A stretch of DNA of 64,000 nt from Felis catus (GCF_018350175.1 NC_058368.1:85810001-85874000), one strand, 5' to 3'; positions 1-13,265 are shown, counted from the stretch's first letter. Made by a program: numbers and translations. Notes: generated from the sequence alone by a model not told the origin.

Positions 1-71
1 ACTCACAGACTGAGAGATAATGACCTGAGCAGAAGCTGAATGCTTAACCGACTGAGCCACCAAGTTGCCCC
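1..71 (-). mobile_element. Can-SINE 5' part, cut by the window edge
   Basis: tgacctgagc...tgcttaaccgactgagccacc...gcccc is the reverse complement of the Can-SINE tRNA-like head. Confidence 0.8.
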
Positions 72-2014
72 ATATGCAAACATTTTTAAATTAACTTATG
101 GTTTAAAGTCTTAAGCTTCCTCAAGTAATTTCCTTAGCCCCATTATCATTAAATGACACAAATTTTTACACTGACTGAATGACAATTCATCCATTTGTGT
201 GTGTCACAGTGGTTAATTAGGAAATAACAGTTGGATAAATTGATATATGTATGTTACCACCTCATCTTTGACATGGAAGATTACCAGATAGTTCCATCCC
301 CTCAGCAGAAATTCATTTGCTTATAACTGTGAAGAGATTATAAGCAAGAAGTGCAGAATGTCAGAGTACAGTTAGTTGTCTTTACTGCCATATTATCACA
401 CGATAGCTGCTGAATCCTCCACCAACAGTGAAAGAAAGACAACCCACTCAGCACATGGGACAGTGCATTGAAAGTGTACCATTCTTGACCTCCCTTTTTT
501 AAAGATTCTGCTGAGATGGTGCTTGCCCTTATTATTATGTAATAAACTCAGCTTTTCTCCATCAATCATTTCAGGGATCCTTCTGAGGACTTACAGATTG
601 TCACCTGACTAAAATCACATGCAATTTCATAATATCTGAGTCAGAAATTCCAGCTCCAAATGGTACATGTGCCAAGTGCCCAAGTCTATGTGGATAGTCT
701 AACAATCTCTTGTCATTTCCAATATAAATTGGTAAAAACATGTACCACTGAACTCTGAGCCTTCTGTACCATTTAATTAGTAGTCTCCTGACTATCTGAA
801 GTGCTACAATGCCCATGATTTACGTTATGTTTCATGCAGATTTACATGCTAATTATATACAAAAAAATGTGTCCATAGTTTGTTTGACAACTTGTGCTCC
901 ATACCTACCCTACTTAGTTCTTCTCAGATTTACCTTGCCTAGTCAGTTTTCACTTCCTGTTCTTGCTTTCAACTATCAAGCTGCCCAGTCATCCATTGTT
1001 TATGCAGCACTAACAGTATGGGTTGACTATGTGGAGAAACTCATATAAGAAGCTGAGTAAGGCTTAGACAAAAATGAAAATAACTTATTAACAGATTTAT
1101 AGTTAATAGAATCTTGGCTATGGAAATATGAAAGTGTACTTAAGGAAATACAAAGAAATATTTCCTGACTCTGGAGTGATCAGGTGCCCACCAAACCAAA
1201 GATGTGACTATTCCTGGGTTCAGCTCCCATGACAATTTCTGACATACACAGCTCATGCTGTTCTTTCTGGTGCATCTCATCCTTTTCAAGAAGACTTTCC
1301 CCTTTCATCTATCAGATCCCTCTGTTAGCTTTCCCAATGTGTGGCATCAGAATCTTTTCTGATGTAATACATACAGTCATAAAAGGAATACGCTGTAGAG
1401 TTCTGAAAAGAGACAAGGGAATCCTTGACTGCTAGTTTCTTACCATTTATCAGCTTTTTTCATAGTCTTGATTATGATGTGACACATTAAATACATAACA
1501 ATTAAGTTGGAATGGATGAATGTTGAAAGAGAAGACATTCTTTTGTTATATGCTTGATGCCCAATTTGTTTTCTGATGAATCTTATGAATTACTACATAG
1601 TGTCTGCAAAGAAAGAGACTGCATTAGAATTAATTATTCATTGAGCAAAAAAATGCAAGTCCTGAAAAAATGGAATTAAATTTTTCTTTTACTTTGATCA
1701 GATAAATGTTTTTGTTACTATCTTTGTATTTCTGACTGTACAAAAGTAGATGCATTATTTCTATAAATAAGATCTTGAACTACAAATAAGAAGTAAAATA
1801 AAAATTCAATTAGTCCAAATGGGAATAATGTATGATCAATAATAATCTTAATTCTCTTGATGAATTTGAGACATTTTAAGTATATATTTTACTTGCATTC
1901 AAAATAGTAGAGGAAAGTTTGATTACTCTTGGAGGAATAATTAAAAAATAAATTTGCCTGCCAACACAGAACATTTTATCCACAAACATAGAAAAGAACT
2001 AAAAAGAAAGTAAT

Positions 2015-3590
2015 TCAGTGGCAAAGGATGATCTTGAACTCACTTCCTCCTATAGACACAACACATCTACAACTACATATGGAATAACTCCTTCTAAAGG
2101 AGACCTAGAAACTGGTTGACAAAGCCTTCACATGGGATACCACTGAGCTAGGTAGAAGAAGGAAAGATACAGTCTTGAAAAAAGAGAGAGACTGAGAGAG
2201 AGAGAGAGACAGAGACAGAGACATAGACAGAGAAAAGGAAAAGTAAAACACCCCAGGCATGACATTCCATAGTCAGGACGTATCTCAAATGTAAGAAACT
2301 TCCAAGAGAAGCAAGAATTTTGAGCTCCACATTAGGCATCCTAACCCATAAATTCTGCACAGGACAGATAAGCCCCCCAAGCCCCTGTATTTGAAAACCA
2401 ATAGGGACTACATCCAGGAAAATGATAAAACTATAGGGAAAGGAAAACCTTCTTTTAAAGGGTTTTCACATAGGCTCATCTGACATGGAAACCAGAACAA
2501 AAATTCCATATCAGAAAGTGTATAGACCATATATGTGGAGAGCCAGTTTCTCATCTTGTAGTGCCTACCAAAAAGGCAGAAGACTGTCAGGAACTCAGAC
2601 ATTGGAAGCAGCCATTTTTGCTTTCTCCTCCAGCCCTAGTGCTCCCAGACCTGCCAGGCGACATTTGGGAATTCTCTCTCCAGTCTGCTAATGCCAGAGG
2701 GCACACCCTGCCAAGAGCTGTGACAAGTAATCTAACTGAAAAGAGTTCAAAATAAAGGTTGTAAAGATGCTTAACAAACTCAGGAGATGAAGGGATGAAT
2801 ACAGTAAGAACTTTAACAAATATATAGAACATATAAGAAAACACTAATCAGAACCAAATAATAAAATAGCAAAAATGAAAAAAAAAAAGAAATACACAAG
2901 AGTTTATAAACAGCAGATTACATGGAATAGAACAATGCTTCAGCATTCTGGAGGACAGGGGAGGGGAATTCACCAAAACTGAGAAATAAAAAGAAATAAA
3001 CAATAAAGATAGCTTAAGAGACCTCAGGGATGACATCAAACATGCTAATACTCACATTCTATATGTTCCAAAAGGAGACAAAAGAAAGAAAAAGGGGCAG
3101 AAAAGTTACTGGAAGAAATAATAGCTGAAAACTTCTATAACCTGGGGAAAGAAAAAAGGACATTGAGGCCCAGGTTACACACAAAATTCCAGAAATGATA
3201 AAGAGGCAAAGAGATATGCATCAAAACACATTATAATTAAAATGTCAAAAATGAAACATAAAGACAATACTAAAAGCAATAAGAGAATAGTGATTAGTTA
3301 CATGTAAAGGAATCACTATAACACTATCAGCTACCTTTTTAGTAGACTTTGTAGACCAGAAAAGAGTGTCATGATATATGAAAATGCTAAAAGGAAAAAA
3401 GAAAAATAATACAACCAAGTATACTCTATCTAGCAAAATTATCGTTAAGAATTTGAGAGATAGTATTCCAGATAAACGAGCTTCATAAGAATTATTCAAA
3501 AGAAATCTTTAAACAAATAAATAAAGATAATAACTAGAAGGGAGACATTGCAGGAAACAAAATTTTTTGTGGGAAAAGCAATGAGGTAAA
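2015..3590 (+). mobile_element. Old L1 5'UTR plus ORF1 fragment, decayed
   Basis: L1-type 5' start (cttgaactcacttcctcc...) and ORF1-like A-rich sequence (gaaataatagctgaaaacttc...ctggggaaag). Boundaries approximate. Confidence 0.75.
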
Positions 3591-3599
3591 AAAGCAGTG

Positions 3600-4210
3600 A
3601 CTTCCACTTAACGAATTTGGATGCCTTTTATTTCTTGTTTCATTTTATTGTCTGATTATTGAGGTTAGGACTTCCAACACTATGTTGAAGAAATGTAGTG
3701 AGAGTGGACATCCCTATTGGGTTCTGGATCTTAGGGGAAAACCCTCAGTTTTTCCCCATTGAAGATTATATTACCAGTGGCCAATTCATATATAGTTTTT
3801 AGTATTTTAAGGAATGTTCTTTCTATCCAGATTTTTTTGAGTTTTTTTTTTTTCTTTCACGAAACGATGCTGTATTTTGTCAAATGCTTTCTCTGAATCT
3901 ATTGACAGGATGTATCACGTTGATTGATTTGCAGATAGTGAACCAACCCTGCAGCCCAGAAATGAGTCCTACCTGATCATGGTGAATAATACTTTCAATA
4001 TACGGTTGAATTTGATTTGCTAGTATATATTTGAGAATTTTTGCAAATGTTGTGTGCACTCTGTTGTTGCATTTTTGGCTGCTCTATCCCACTGGTCAGT
4101 CATCTGCAGAGTGGTAGAGTGTTTGGGCCTGTAACCAGGTGTGCTGTGATTTGTTTGTTGAAGTCGCCTTGGAGAAAAGGAAAATGGGTGCAAAACCTGA
4201 TTCTAAAAAG

Positions 4211-4264
<54 letters not shown>

Positions 4265-4487
4265 GGGAGAAAAGAATACCAGAGAATTAAAACAAGCAAA
4301 CAAACAAAACAAAACAAAAAACAACAACTATAAGGCTAAATCCGAAAAAGAGAGTGGAAAATGAAGAAGAAAGAGAAAAGGTGGAAAAATAAGAGAATAA
4401 AAACTGCCAAATCAAATAAATATGCATATGCATATATGCCATATATATATATATATGCCTAAATCATACATGCCTAAATCATATGCC

Positions 4488-4518
<31 letters not shown>

Positions 4519-5600
4519 CAAAAAGAATCACAAAGAAAAGAACAGAAAAGAAATAGAAAGAAAAAGAAAAAGAAAAAAACAACAACAAAAACAGTTATCA
4601 GTTGGTGACTGGAACAGGTGGCTGTGCTCTTCTGGAAGAGGTCCTCTGGTTGGATTAGTGTCAGTCTTGCTCCAGAAGATAGGCACTTGCCAGGCACAGA
4701 AGGGTACGGTTTGGTGTAGGTAGTCCCTCCTACAAGGGATGAAGGGAAGTGGGGCGTGCTGTGCTACTCTACGAAGTCCCAAGGTGTTGGTGATGGGGAG
4801 AAAATTGGCAATAACCCAATCTCTCCTCCCCAGACCAGGTGTCTCAAACCATGCTTTTTAGGCAGCCCTCACAGAGTAGTGAGGGAGGTCAGTTTGCCCT
4901 GCTCCACAGTTCTTCCATGCCTTTTAGGTGCTTGGCTGGGATTCAGAACCCACAATCTTATGGGAACTGGCACTGCATGGACCCTGTTTTGCGGTAGAGC
5001 TACTCTGCCCTGCTGATGAAAGGCCTTTGCCTGGCATCTGGCAGGGTCTTTTGTCCTTGGGGAGGCAATAAACCCTTCTTGCAGTGCTCAAGGAGGGGGA
5101 CTGTGATTGTCCATTGGGTGTTTGAGATCTGTGCTAGTGCTCTGGTGCCAGCTCCCTTCTCCCCAGAGTGCACACCAGGACTCCCAGCTTCAGTCTGGAG
5201 AAAATCATGCACTTTTGAAACCTCTGAGTTTCAGCTCCTAAGACTGTTTGCAAAATAGAAACTGACACTCTCCTTATTTCTTATTCCCTAGTCTGTAGTC
5301 CAGAGAGGTTTTCCTCATGTGCTAACTTGATGTTGACTTTTTCCAGTTATCTCTTTCTCTCCCTTTTGTCTCTACACAGAAAGGTTCCCCTCCCTTCCTT
5401 TGCTGTGCTGTTTTATCTCCTCCAAATCACATATACACACCTCAATCCTGCCAAGCTGTCTTCCTCCAACTGTTGATATCCTTTTGCCATTACAAAGATT
5501 GATTCCCTGGGTGTTCCAAGTGACATGATCTCAATTACAGCTGTGTTTGAGGGTCAAGGAAATCCCAGCACTCCTACTTCTCAGCCATCTTAATGCCCTC
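3600..5600 (-). mobile_element. L1 remnant: 5'UTR joined directly to an ORF2 RT fragment, 3' end missing
   Basis: 3600-4045 matches ORF2 antisense sequence found in the other L1 copies. 4046-5600 resembles the 5'UTR at 25290-26860. The L1 start motif (ctacttctcagccatctt) lies at ~5574-5591. Internal (TA)n tracts. Confidence 0.8.
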
Positions 5601-5775
5601 AAATTTATTTTTTAATGATGTAATTTTCTAGAAAATTTATGTTGCACACAGGATGTCATACTTATGTTTTAAAATGGGAGACATTATAAATATTGTTCTA
5701 TTTTTTCTAAACATAATTTTAATAGCTTCATATTGTATTTCATTATTAGTTATATTATGTAGTACATAGTTTATT

Positions 5776-6010
5776 TTTATTTTTTAATTTTTTTATTAAA
5801 TCTTTTTAACGTTTATTTATTTTTGAGACAGAGAGAGACAGAGCATGAACGGGGGAGGGGCAGAGAGAGAGGGAGACACAGAATCAGAAGCAGGCTCCAG
5901 GCTCTGAGCCATCAGCCCAGAGCCCGACGCGGGGCTCGAACTCACGGACCGTGAGATGGTGACCTGAGCCGAAGTCGGACGCTTAACAGACTGAGCCACC
6001 AGGTGCCCCT
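5776..6010 (-). mobile_element. Feline Can-SINE inserted in the A-tail of the adjacent SINE
   Basis: Full consensus body, (AG)n and T-rich tail. Confidence 0.95.
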
Positions 6011-6223
6011 ATTTTTAAATTTTTTAACCTTTGTTTATTTTTGAGAGACAGAGAGAGAGTGATCAGGGGAGGGGCAGAGAGAGAGGGAGACATAGAATCT
6101 GAAGCAGGCTCCAGGCTCTGAGCTCTCAACACAGAGCCTGACGTGGAGTTCAAACTCATGGAGCATGAGATCATGACCTGAGCTAAAGTCGGATGTTAAA
6201 CCAACTGAGCCACCCAGGCACCC
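6011..6223 (-). mobile_element. Feline Can-SINE, more diverged
   Basis: Full body. An imperfect TSD, tatgtagtacatagttt (~5756) / tatatagtacataattt (~6226), brackets both SINEs. Confidence 0.93.
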
Positions 6224-6715
6224 CATATATAGTACATAATTTAAAGCAAGGAAACATTTGTATGTTACTATTAGCATTCTTAAATAATTCCTTTGTAATT
6301 AAGTATTTAGTGACAATTTATCATTCACTCGCTCAATTCATTAATCACAGACTCAGTTAGTAGTTATTGACCAACTCAATATTCTCATCTGTAAAATGAG
6401 AATAATATTCTCTAACACATGTAATTTTTATGACATAAAAAATGTGATTTATATAATTTGAATTTCAATCCTAGGAAAAGGGAAAACACAATTAAATTGT
6501 TGTTAAGATCATATGATTCTTCTACATTGTCATCATGTCCTGTATTATCCCTTATGCTGACAGTGTATTTGGGCATCTTTATTTTAAATCTGTTCATTAA
6601 TTAACTACAGCTTGCTATGTTAATTAAACTGATGTAACTTTTTACTGATTAGATGACCACTACCATGCTATCACTGTCTAAGTGATGATTCTCTTGTTTT
6701 AAAAATTACTTCCAG

Positions 6716-7063
6716 GGCAATTTCATGTGATAGGACCAAGAGCACCAGTCATTGCTGTGGTTGGGGAGGAGGCTGTGTTGTCCTGTCACCTCAGCCCATC
6801 AATGGATGCTCAAGACATGGAGGTTACATGGTACCGAAATGATCTTTCAGGCCTGGTACATCAATATAGGACTTCCCAGGATCATTTGGAGCACCAGATA
6901 CCAGAGTACCAAGGGAGGACAGAGTTCCTGAAGGACAATATTACCAAAGGGCACGTTGCCCTAAGGATCTACCCCATCCGACCTTCAGATGGAGGGGAGT
7001 ATGGGTGTTTCTTTGAAAGCTCCACATTCTACAGTGAAGTGCAATTTGAAATGTTGGTCACAG
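6716..7063 (+). CDS. Butyrophilin/BTN-like gene, IgV-domain exon (348 nt, phase 1-1)
   Basis: Acceptor ttccag|GG at 6715/6716 and donor ACAG|gtaagt at 7063/7064. The open frame reads (G)QFHVIGPRAPVIAVVGEEAVLSCHLSPSMDAQDMEVTWYR...QIPEYQGRTEFLKDNITKGHVALRIYPIRPSDGGEYGCFFESSTFYSEVQFEMLVT. It has the B-strand Cys, C-strand Trp, DxGxYxC and the BTN-type EYQGRT motif. 348 nt is the typical BTN IgV exon size. The paralog cannot be assigned by eye. Confidence 0.95.
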
Positions 7064-7552
7064 GTAAGTCACTGCAATGAAAACTCCTACACAAATTGTA
7101 TTATTTTTTTCATCAGCAGTCTAAAGTATTGGTGTATATGGATAGAGGTAGCTAAATCTATACAAACACTATGATTGAATGTCAAGAAAGTTAAATATGT
7201 AAAACAAATCTAATCAGTGTGCCCCATCGTTCTTGGGTAGTAGTGAAATTCATTTTTATCTTTGTCGACATAATTACTTTTAAGAAAAGAAAGAGTAGGG
7301 ATTATTGTATGTTCTATCTCAGAAGAACCCCAGAAATGTAACTTAGTCTGTCTTCTAAGTCTCAGAAGGAAGTAAAAAGAAGCAGAAAATATCTGACCAG
7401 TCTGCCATCCAGTCTAGGTTTCTGCACTTCACTGCTGCCCACTCTGGGAAAAGCCCAGTGAAATGTGGTCTTGCCTATTCTTAATATGACATCATTGTTT
7501 ATTCAGATCCTGCATAATTTATCCCCTTATATCTCACTCCTGTTCTGTTATT

Positions 7553-7553
<1 letters not shown>

Positions 7554-7599
<46 letters not shown>
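7554..7599. repeat. (CA)n microsatellite
   Basis: Seen directly. Confidence 0.95.
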
Positions 7600-7601
<2 letters not shown>

Positions 7602-10600
7602 TGTACTGCAAGAGTGAAAGTGTAAGGAAGGACTGTAATTCAACAATACGCTGAGACTGAAACAACATTTTTTCTATAAACAATTTAGGACCTTGCACTG
7701 AGCTCAGGTGAAGAGTTTTTGCATCATCTCTCTTACAATGGACTTAAGAGAAATGATATTGACCTTCCTCCAAAAGGAAGGAAATTTGCTTTCCTCCAGA
7801 ACTCCCTGACCCGTGTGCAAATGCTCCTGCCTCCTATTTAGTAACAATTCTTCATATGCATAAGTAACCCTGATTCCGTATTTTTACAATAAAGGGTGTG
7901 CTCTTATATAATTCTTCAGATATCAAAGGGGGTAAATTGCAAAGACACTTGCCTGCAAGCTTTAAATACCTCTCTGAGTCAACATTTTTGTAACCAGACA
8001 CTTTAATCCACACATCCTCTGGTAATGTTTCTGCTGAGTCATGGTAAGAATAGTAACCTCCTTCTGATATTCCTTCCTGAGTTTACAGCATATCTGCTTT
8101 TTATGTAAGTATACTGGGGATCCTTGCTGCAAGGGTCTGTTGTATGCAAACGAGTGTAACTCCATTGGAAGCATTTAATCAGAACCTAAGAGGCATGAGA
8201 CCAATTATATTCATCCATTCATTAATTTTTGCCTTTTGAGCAGGGATCTTTCATTCTATTGTAACTTGTGAAGTATTCCAGTTGTTAGACAACCACTTCT
8301 AGAATCCTACAAACATTTCCTAAAACTTGAATAAACCTTTATCAAGGGCTTTGAATCTGGGAGTCGCTTGCTACTTTGCTACTTCAATAAAAATATGTCA
8401 TAACTCAGGATCATCTCAATTTTCTTTATCTCTGACTTACTTGTTCTTTGTGCAGAGTAATTCTACCACTAAATAGAAATCACCTTTCCACTATTCTTCC
8501 ATTTTACCCCAGAGTCTTTAGAAGAATGCATTTCATATCTTGAAGCTCTTGACACAAAATTCTAACATTGTGCTTATGCTTGAAATTTTTTTGAGCTTCA
8601 AAAATGGTAATTTGTTGACACAATTTTTAGAATCTTCATCACAAACTCCTGTGCCTCGTAGATGAGATTTTCTGATACAGATTTTCTGATATGATTTTTC
8701 CAAGTCATATATGCAAGATAACTTTTATTTCCTACCCAAGGATATATTTTTTAATTAAACTACTATAAACCCTGTGTCAAGCTCTTTAATTTGCATTGTG
8801 GACATATATTACAAGCAATACCCTTGAATTCTACACATCTTTTTATGAAGTCCAGAAGCCCTCAAGCCATCCAAAGAAATTTGTTTTCCCTTCTCTTTTT
8901 CCTGTGGGAGGTAGAAATATCTGGATTTTATATTCCAACCAAGTCCAATATTTGTAGATACAACCTTTCACATTTGAAATTAATGAAAAAAAGATGTACT
9001 TCTAAATTCTTAAGAAATTGTATCACCTTGTGGCCTATTATAATATAAACTTGTATATGAATATTGACATAATAAGTGATCACAAATATGTTTGAAGAAT
9101 CTAGACTTTCCCCCCAAAATGTCTTTGTGCTCCCTAATTGTAGGTGAGCTGCTTTTTTTTTGCAACATTTTGTTCATCATAATGGGACCCATCTCATCTT
9201 TGAACCTGCTATCCTAATTCATGATACATCAGAAAAATAAAGTGCTATGTTGATTCAGTGCTCTTACTGCCTCCAGATGAATTATCCATGACCTTCTGTA
9301 CTTCTTCCTAGGATGGATCCTTTTACATTCAGTCCCGTAACTACTGCAATGTAGTGTCTAGTGCTGTGTAGCATTATAGTTTTCATTTGTGCCAGATTTT
9401 TATACCAAGCCCTTGATTTTCTCTAGCTGAATAACTCATATTTTCCTGTGATTTGCTTAGACACTGTGACTTATGGCATGAATTTCTTTAATCTGTCTCT
9501 CCTTCCTGGAGGAGTGACATTTTCCCCAGTGTCAGTAATCACTTTGTGATAAAAATGCAGTCTCTGCAGGCAAATCCATAGTACTGTACCCTCTTCTAGA
9601 GAAAAGATTCTTCTATACCTTGAGTCAAAACAACCAATGCATTCCCTTTGCTGTTTCAATATCCAGGATGTTGTAGTGAACAAGAACCCCTACATTAAAT
9701 TCTACTTACAATCAATAAGCATCACTGTCTTCTACTATCAAGCTAGTTTGACACTTGTAGGGTACAGGTAAGCAAATCCATCAGTTAATAATTATTATCA
9801 AAACCACAAGTATAGGTTGCAAACTTAACCAAAATATTTTTTAAAAGATAAGAAATAAAATTGAAAGCCCTTATATTAGGTAACGTAATCATATGGTCTC
9901 ATAATGGTGAAAACCATAGGTTTTCTCTCCCTGTCATGGTCATAAGACAATAAAAAATACCAGACTCTCGAAATAGGTAAAAAATGTTTTAAAGTCAGCT
10001 TGTGCTATGTCAGAAACTATGTAGGCCTCAACTATGCCAGTTAGAAACCCACGATGGTAGGAGAACAATGGTGACCTGGTTTCCTCTCCTGCTGACAATC
10101 TTTTCTCCACTTTGACTCCTCTGTCTTGACTTGATCATTCATAAGAGAACATTAATGGCTAAGACGACACTTGGAATACATGTTTCAAGCCTGTGAAATT
10201 ATTCATACCCACCACCCCTAATTTCCACTCCTATTTTTAATTGATGCTGGACTCAGACGTTGTTCTACCCTTAACCCCCACATTTAATAAGGCAAACAGA
10301 ATGATGTAATTCGAAGTACAACTTTACTCTTCTCTCTCCAGAAAATCAGAATCAAATTAAGCATTTATTGTGTTTCTACAAAGACCTGCTAAATATAATC
10401 TTGTTTTTATAAACTACCCATCCTCAACCGCATTTCCCTCCAACTCTTAGCAAGTAGTCTGAATACAAGAAATATAGTGGGATGATGGCCTTTCAATTGG
10501 AAGGATCCCAGCAAGGAAAAACATCTTTTCTTTGTACTCTTAGTTAATTAACTCTTTAAGATGAATAATATTTATTCAATACAACCCCGTAAGCACTTTC

Positions 10601-10639
10601 TTTATATGAAGGAATTTGTAGACCATTCATATGAGTTGA

Positions 10640-10790
10640 GACTCTCTTAATCCTGGTTTTACAAAACAAGAATGGAAGCACAGAGAGATTGAGTCGTTAG
10701 ACATATTGGTTCAGTTGTGCCAGCTAGTACAAGTGTAACTCTTTGACTCTATATCTTATCCTCACAACTATTCTTCTCTACTGATTTTCA
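10640..10790. mobile_element. MIR-like SINE fragment
   Basis: cctggttttacaaaacaagaatggaagcacagagagattgagt...gctagtacaagtg resembles the MIR core. Confidence 0.5.
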
Positions 10791-10964
10791 AAGCCACTGT
10801 ATTCTAAAAATTCCATGTATGAGTACCAGCACTGGATGGTACCATAGTGCCAGCTAAGTCATCACTGGTTTGAAACACTATATGCTAGTCACCTCATGGT
10901 ACTTCTTCAGGATATGGCCATTCATGCAATATCATATGACATTAGATAATTTTCCTTCATCAAC

Positions 10965-11380
10965 TTCACAGAAGGACTGTCAAAAATCAACAAAAATTGG
11001 ATGGCCCAAAAACAATAGAAATTTATATTTCACAATTCTGGAGGCCAGAGTCCACAATCAAAGCGTCATCAGGGTTATTGTCCCAGGGAATAATATAAGG
11101 AAAATACTTCCTTGCCTCTTCCAGTTTCTTGCGGTGCTAGGCATTTCTTGGATTTGATAGGATCTTTCCCATCTCTGCCTCCATCTTCACAGGGACCTTT
11201 TCCCTGTGTTTCTGTTTCCAAATTTCTTTCTGTTTAAATAGGCCACAATCATTTTGGATTAGGACCCTCCTATTCCCATATAATTTCATCTTTACTAATA
11301 CATGTACAGAATGGTTTCCAAATAAACGCATAGATTTTGAAGTTTAGGGGTTTAACATATCTATCAGAAGACAAAATTAA
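10965..11380 (-). mobile_element. MaLR LTR (MLT1-like)
   Basis: Typical MLT1 segments: aacaatagaaatttatatttcacaattctggaggccagagtcc, ttccttgcctcttccagtttct, atctctgcctccatcttcaca and ttggattaggacc. Confidence 0.75.
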
Positions 11381-11879
11381 ACCCAAATCAAACCCAAAAC
11401 CCAAAATTAAATCCAAGTTGTATCCCAGGAAATTTGATTCTTTGTTTTGTTATAGACTGCATTGGTTATTGTACATAATACTGTACAATGCTACACTACT
11501 ATACAATGAACTTCAACACATAGTAGATTAAACCAGTTTCTATTCTTCTGAGTTATAGGAAGAAAGGATCTAGAACCGGAAGAGTAAGTATAAACCGTGA
11601 AATTCACGTATTTCTCTTATATTGATGTTTTTTCCATATCCAGAAAATTCACTTTTGACAATGACCCAAAGCCATTCTACTCCAGCCCTTGAGAGAGAGA
11701 AAGAATGAAGGAAAAAGTGTATCTCCTTCCTTTGAGGGAAATATTCTAGAAGGCACACACATCATCTCCCTTTTACAACACTTACACCTGCATATCAAGG
11801 CTACTCCTAAATGTAAGTGGGAGTTAGAACATGCAGTTGAAACATGAACTGGCATATGTATAATTAAAACACTATTCCC

Positions 11880-12090
11880 CAAATTGTTCTATCCAAAATG
11901 GTAGCTACTAGCTGCATGTGGTATTTGAATTTACATTTGCTTATATAAATTTAATTGATTAAAATAAGAAATCCATTTTCTAACAATATTTCAGGTTCTC
12001 TGTAGACACCTATAGCTAGTTTGTTTGGACTACATTGATGTTGATAGCATTTCCAAACTTAAAGGAAGTTCTTATTAAAAATAGCTTCTT
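11880..12090. mobile_element. MER3/MER33-like hAT DNA transposon fragment
   Basis: tccaaaatggtagctactagctgcatgtggtatttgaat motif; a similar fragment lies at ~28430-28560. Confidence 0.5.
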
Positions 12091-12476
12091 TAGAATTAGA
12101 GATTAAAAGATATTTGTAAAATGACTACCAATTTGCTACAGAAAACCACAAACTGTTGTGTTCCTTTAAATTTAGAGGCTGCAAATGAAATCATAGAGTG
12201 TTTGTCTACTCAACTTTAAGAATCAACAGATAAAATACTAGGTAATGTTTCAAAAGTGAGGGAGGAAAAGAAAAGAATACAGACATGTTTTGTATGTGGG
12301 TACTTTTAAAATGTTGATACAGCTGATTTTTTTTCTCTAAAGTTCTTTGCAGTTATTTTTCTAACTCCTGTTTTATAAATAAGAAAACTGAGTTTCATAG
12401 AAGTTAATTAAAATGTAAACTGGCAAGAAAACTTTTGGAGATACATACTTTCTCTGTCTCTCTTTGGCTCTCCTAG

Positions 12477-12758
12477 TCTCAGGTATGGCTCCTCATATTC
12501 ACATTGAGCCTGGCAATAACAGAGACATTAAGATGACCTGCATATCCACTGGGTGGTTTCCAGAGCCTGAGATACAATGGAAGGACCCTCAAGGATTGCA
12601 CTTGGCACCAGCCTCTGAGACAAAGAGAATAGAAGAAAATGGACTGCTTCATGTGGAATCATCTATCACAATGGATAGAAGTTCAAGAACAGAAGTATCT
12701 TGTGTTATTAGGAACCTAATACTCAGTGTGGAGAAGGTGGTGCTTGTCTCCATGGCAG
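12477..12758 (+). CDS. Butyrophilin/BTN-like gene, IgC-domain exon (282 nt, phase 1-1)
   Basis: Polypyrimidine tract plus cctag| at 12476; donor GCAG|gtcagt at 12758/12759. In frame with the IgV exon: VSGMAPHIHIEPGNNRDIKMTCISTGWFPEPEIQWKDPQG...NGLLHVESSI...VSCVIRNLILSVEKVVLVSMA. It has the BTN IgC motifs CxSxGWFPEPxxxW and SCxIRN. 282 nt is the typical size. Confidence 0.95.
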
Positions 12759-13114
12759 GTCAGTTTCCTCCAAAGTTGATATATTGAGATATCACTGCTG
12801 ATCAGGAAGGTCTTAATGGCAAAGACCTATGACTGACAGACATAGAAGGATATTCTAGTTTATCCATTTCTAACTCTTAGTGTGGATAACTTGGAAAAAG
12901 TCACATTTTGTCTTGTTTTGTATTTCTTATTTCAATATAAATGTCATTGTGCTACTTCATGAAAATGAACACCCGAGTGCACAAAAGTATTCAAAAGGTA
13001 ATAATGTCTTTGTGGAATCTTTTGAAGTTGCTCCTAAGCTTCACCTAATCCTATTGCCTAGGGAAAGCCTGTTTTAACAATTTGGTGTTTTCTCCCATCT
13101 TTCAAATTGGATTT

Positions 13115-13265
13115 GTATCCTGGCAGTGCCATTTAGCAGCATCATGATCTTGGGCAAGTATTGACCTTCTTGTGCTCAGTTCCCATCAGTTAAATTGGGA
13201 TAATTATGGTGTCTGCCTCATAAAATTAATATCACAGGTAGAGAGGAGCTCAGACATTCCAATAA
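13115..13265. mobile_element. MIR fragment
   Basis: cctggcagtgccatttagcagc...gatcttgggcaagtattgacctt...ctcagttcccatcagttaaattgggataat. Confidence 0.65.

Noticed and set aside
1229..1435. ORF as candidate BTN signal-peptide exon
   Set aside because: No convincing hydrophobic core ending at a phase-1 GT donor. The leader exon was not identified and may lie outside the window.
4041..4364. ORFs with YIYIYI, CVCVCV, poly-N or poly-L runs (also at 37239, 47167, 50352, 50713)
   Set aside because: Microsatellite read-through within L1 remnants.
5817..6277. Recurrent ORFs of the MAQSVKRPTSAQV and GQRETEHERGRG type (also at 17769, 32510, 36995, 43385, 56533, 58249)
   Set aside because: These are translations of Can-SINE consensus, not genes.
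9721..9773. FYYQASLTLV followed by cag|gtaagc, resembling the end of a second IgV exon
   Set aside because: The upstream frame lacks DxGxYxC, Trp and Cys motifs, and the phase is off by one. Probably chance.
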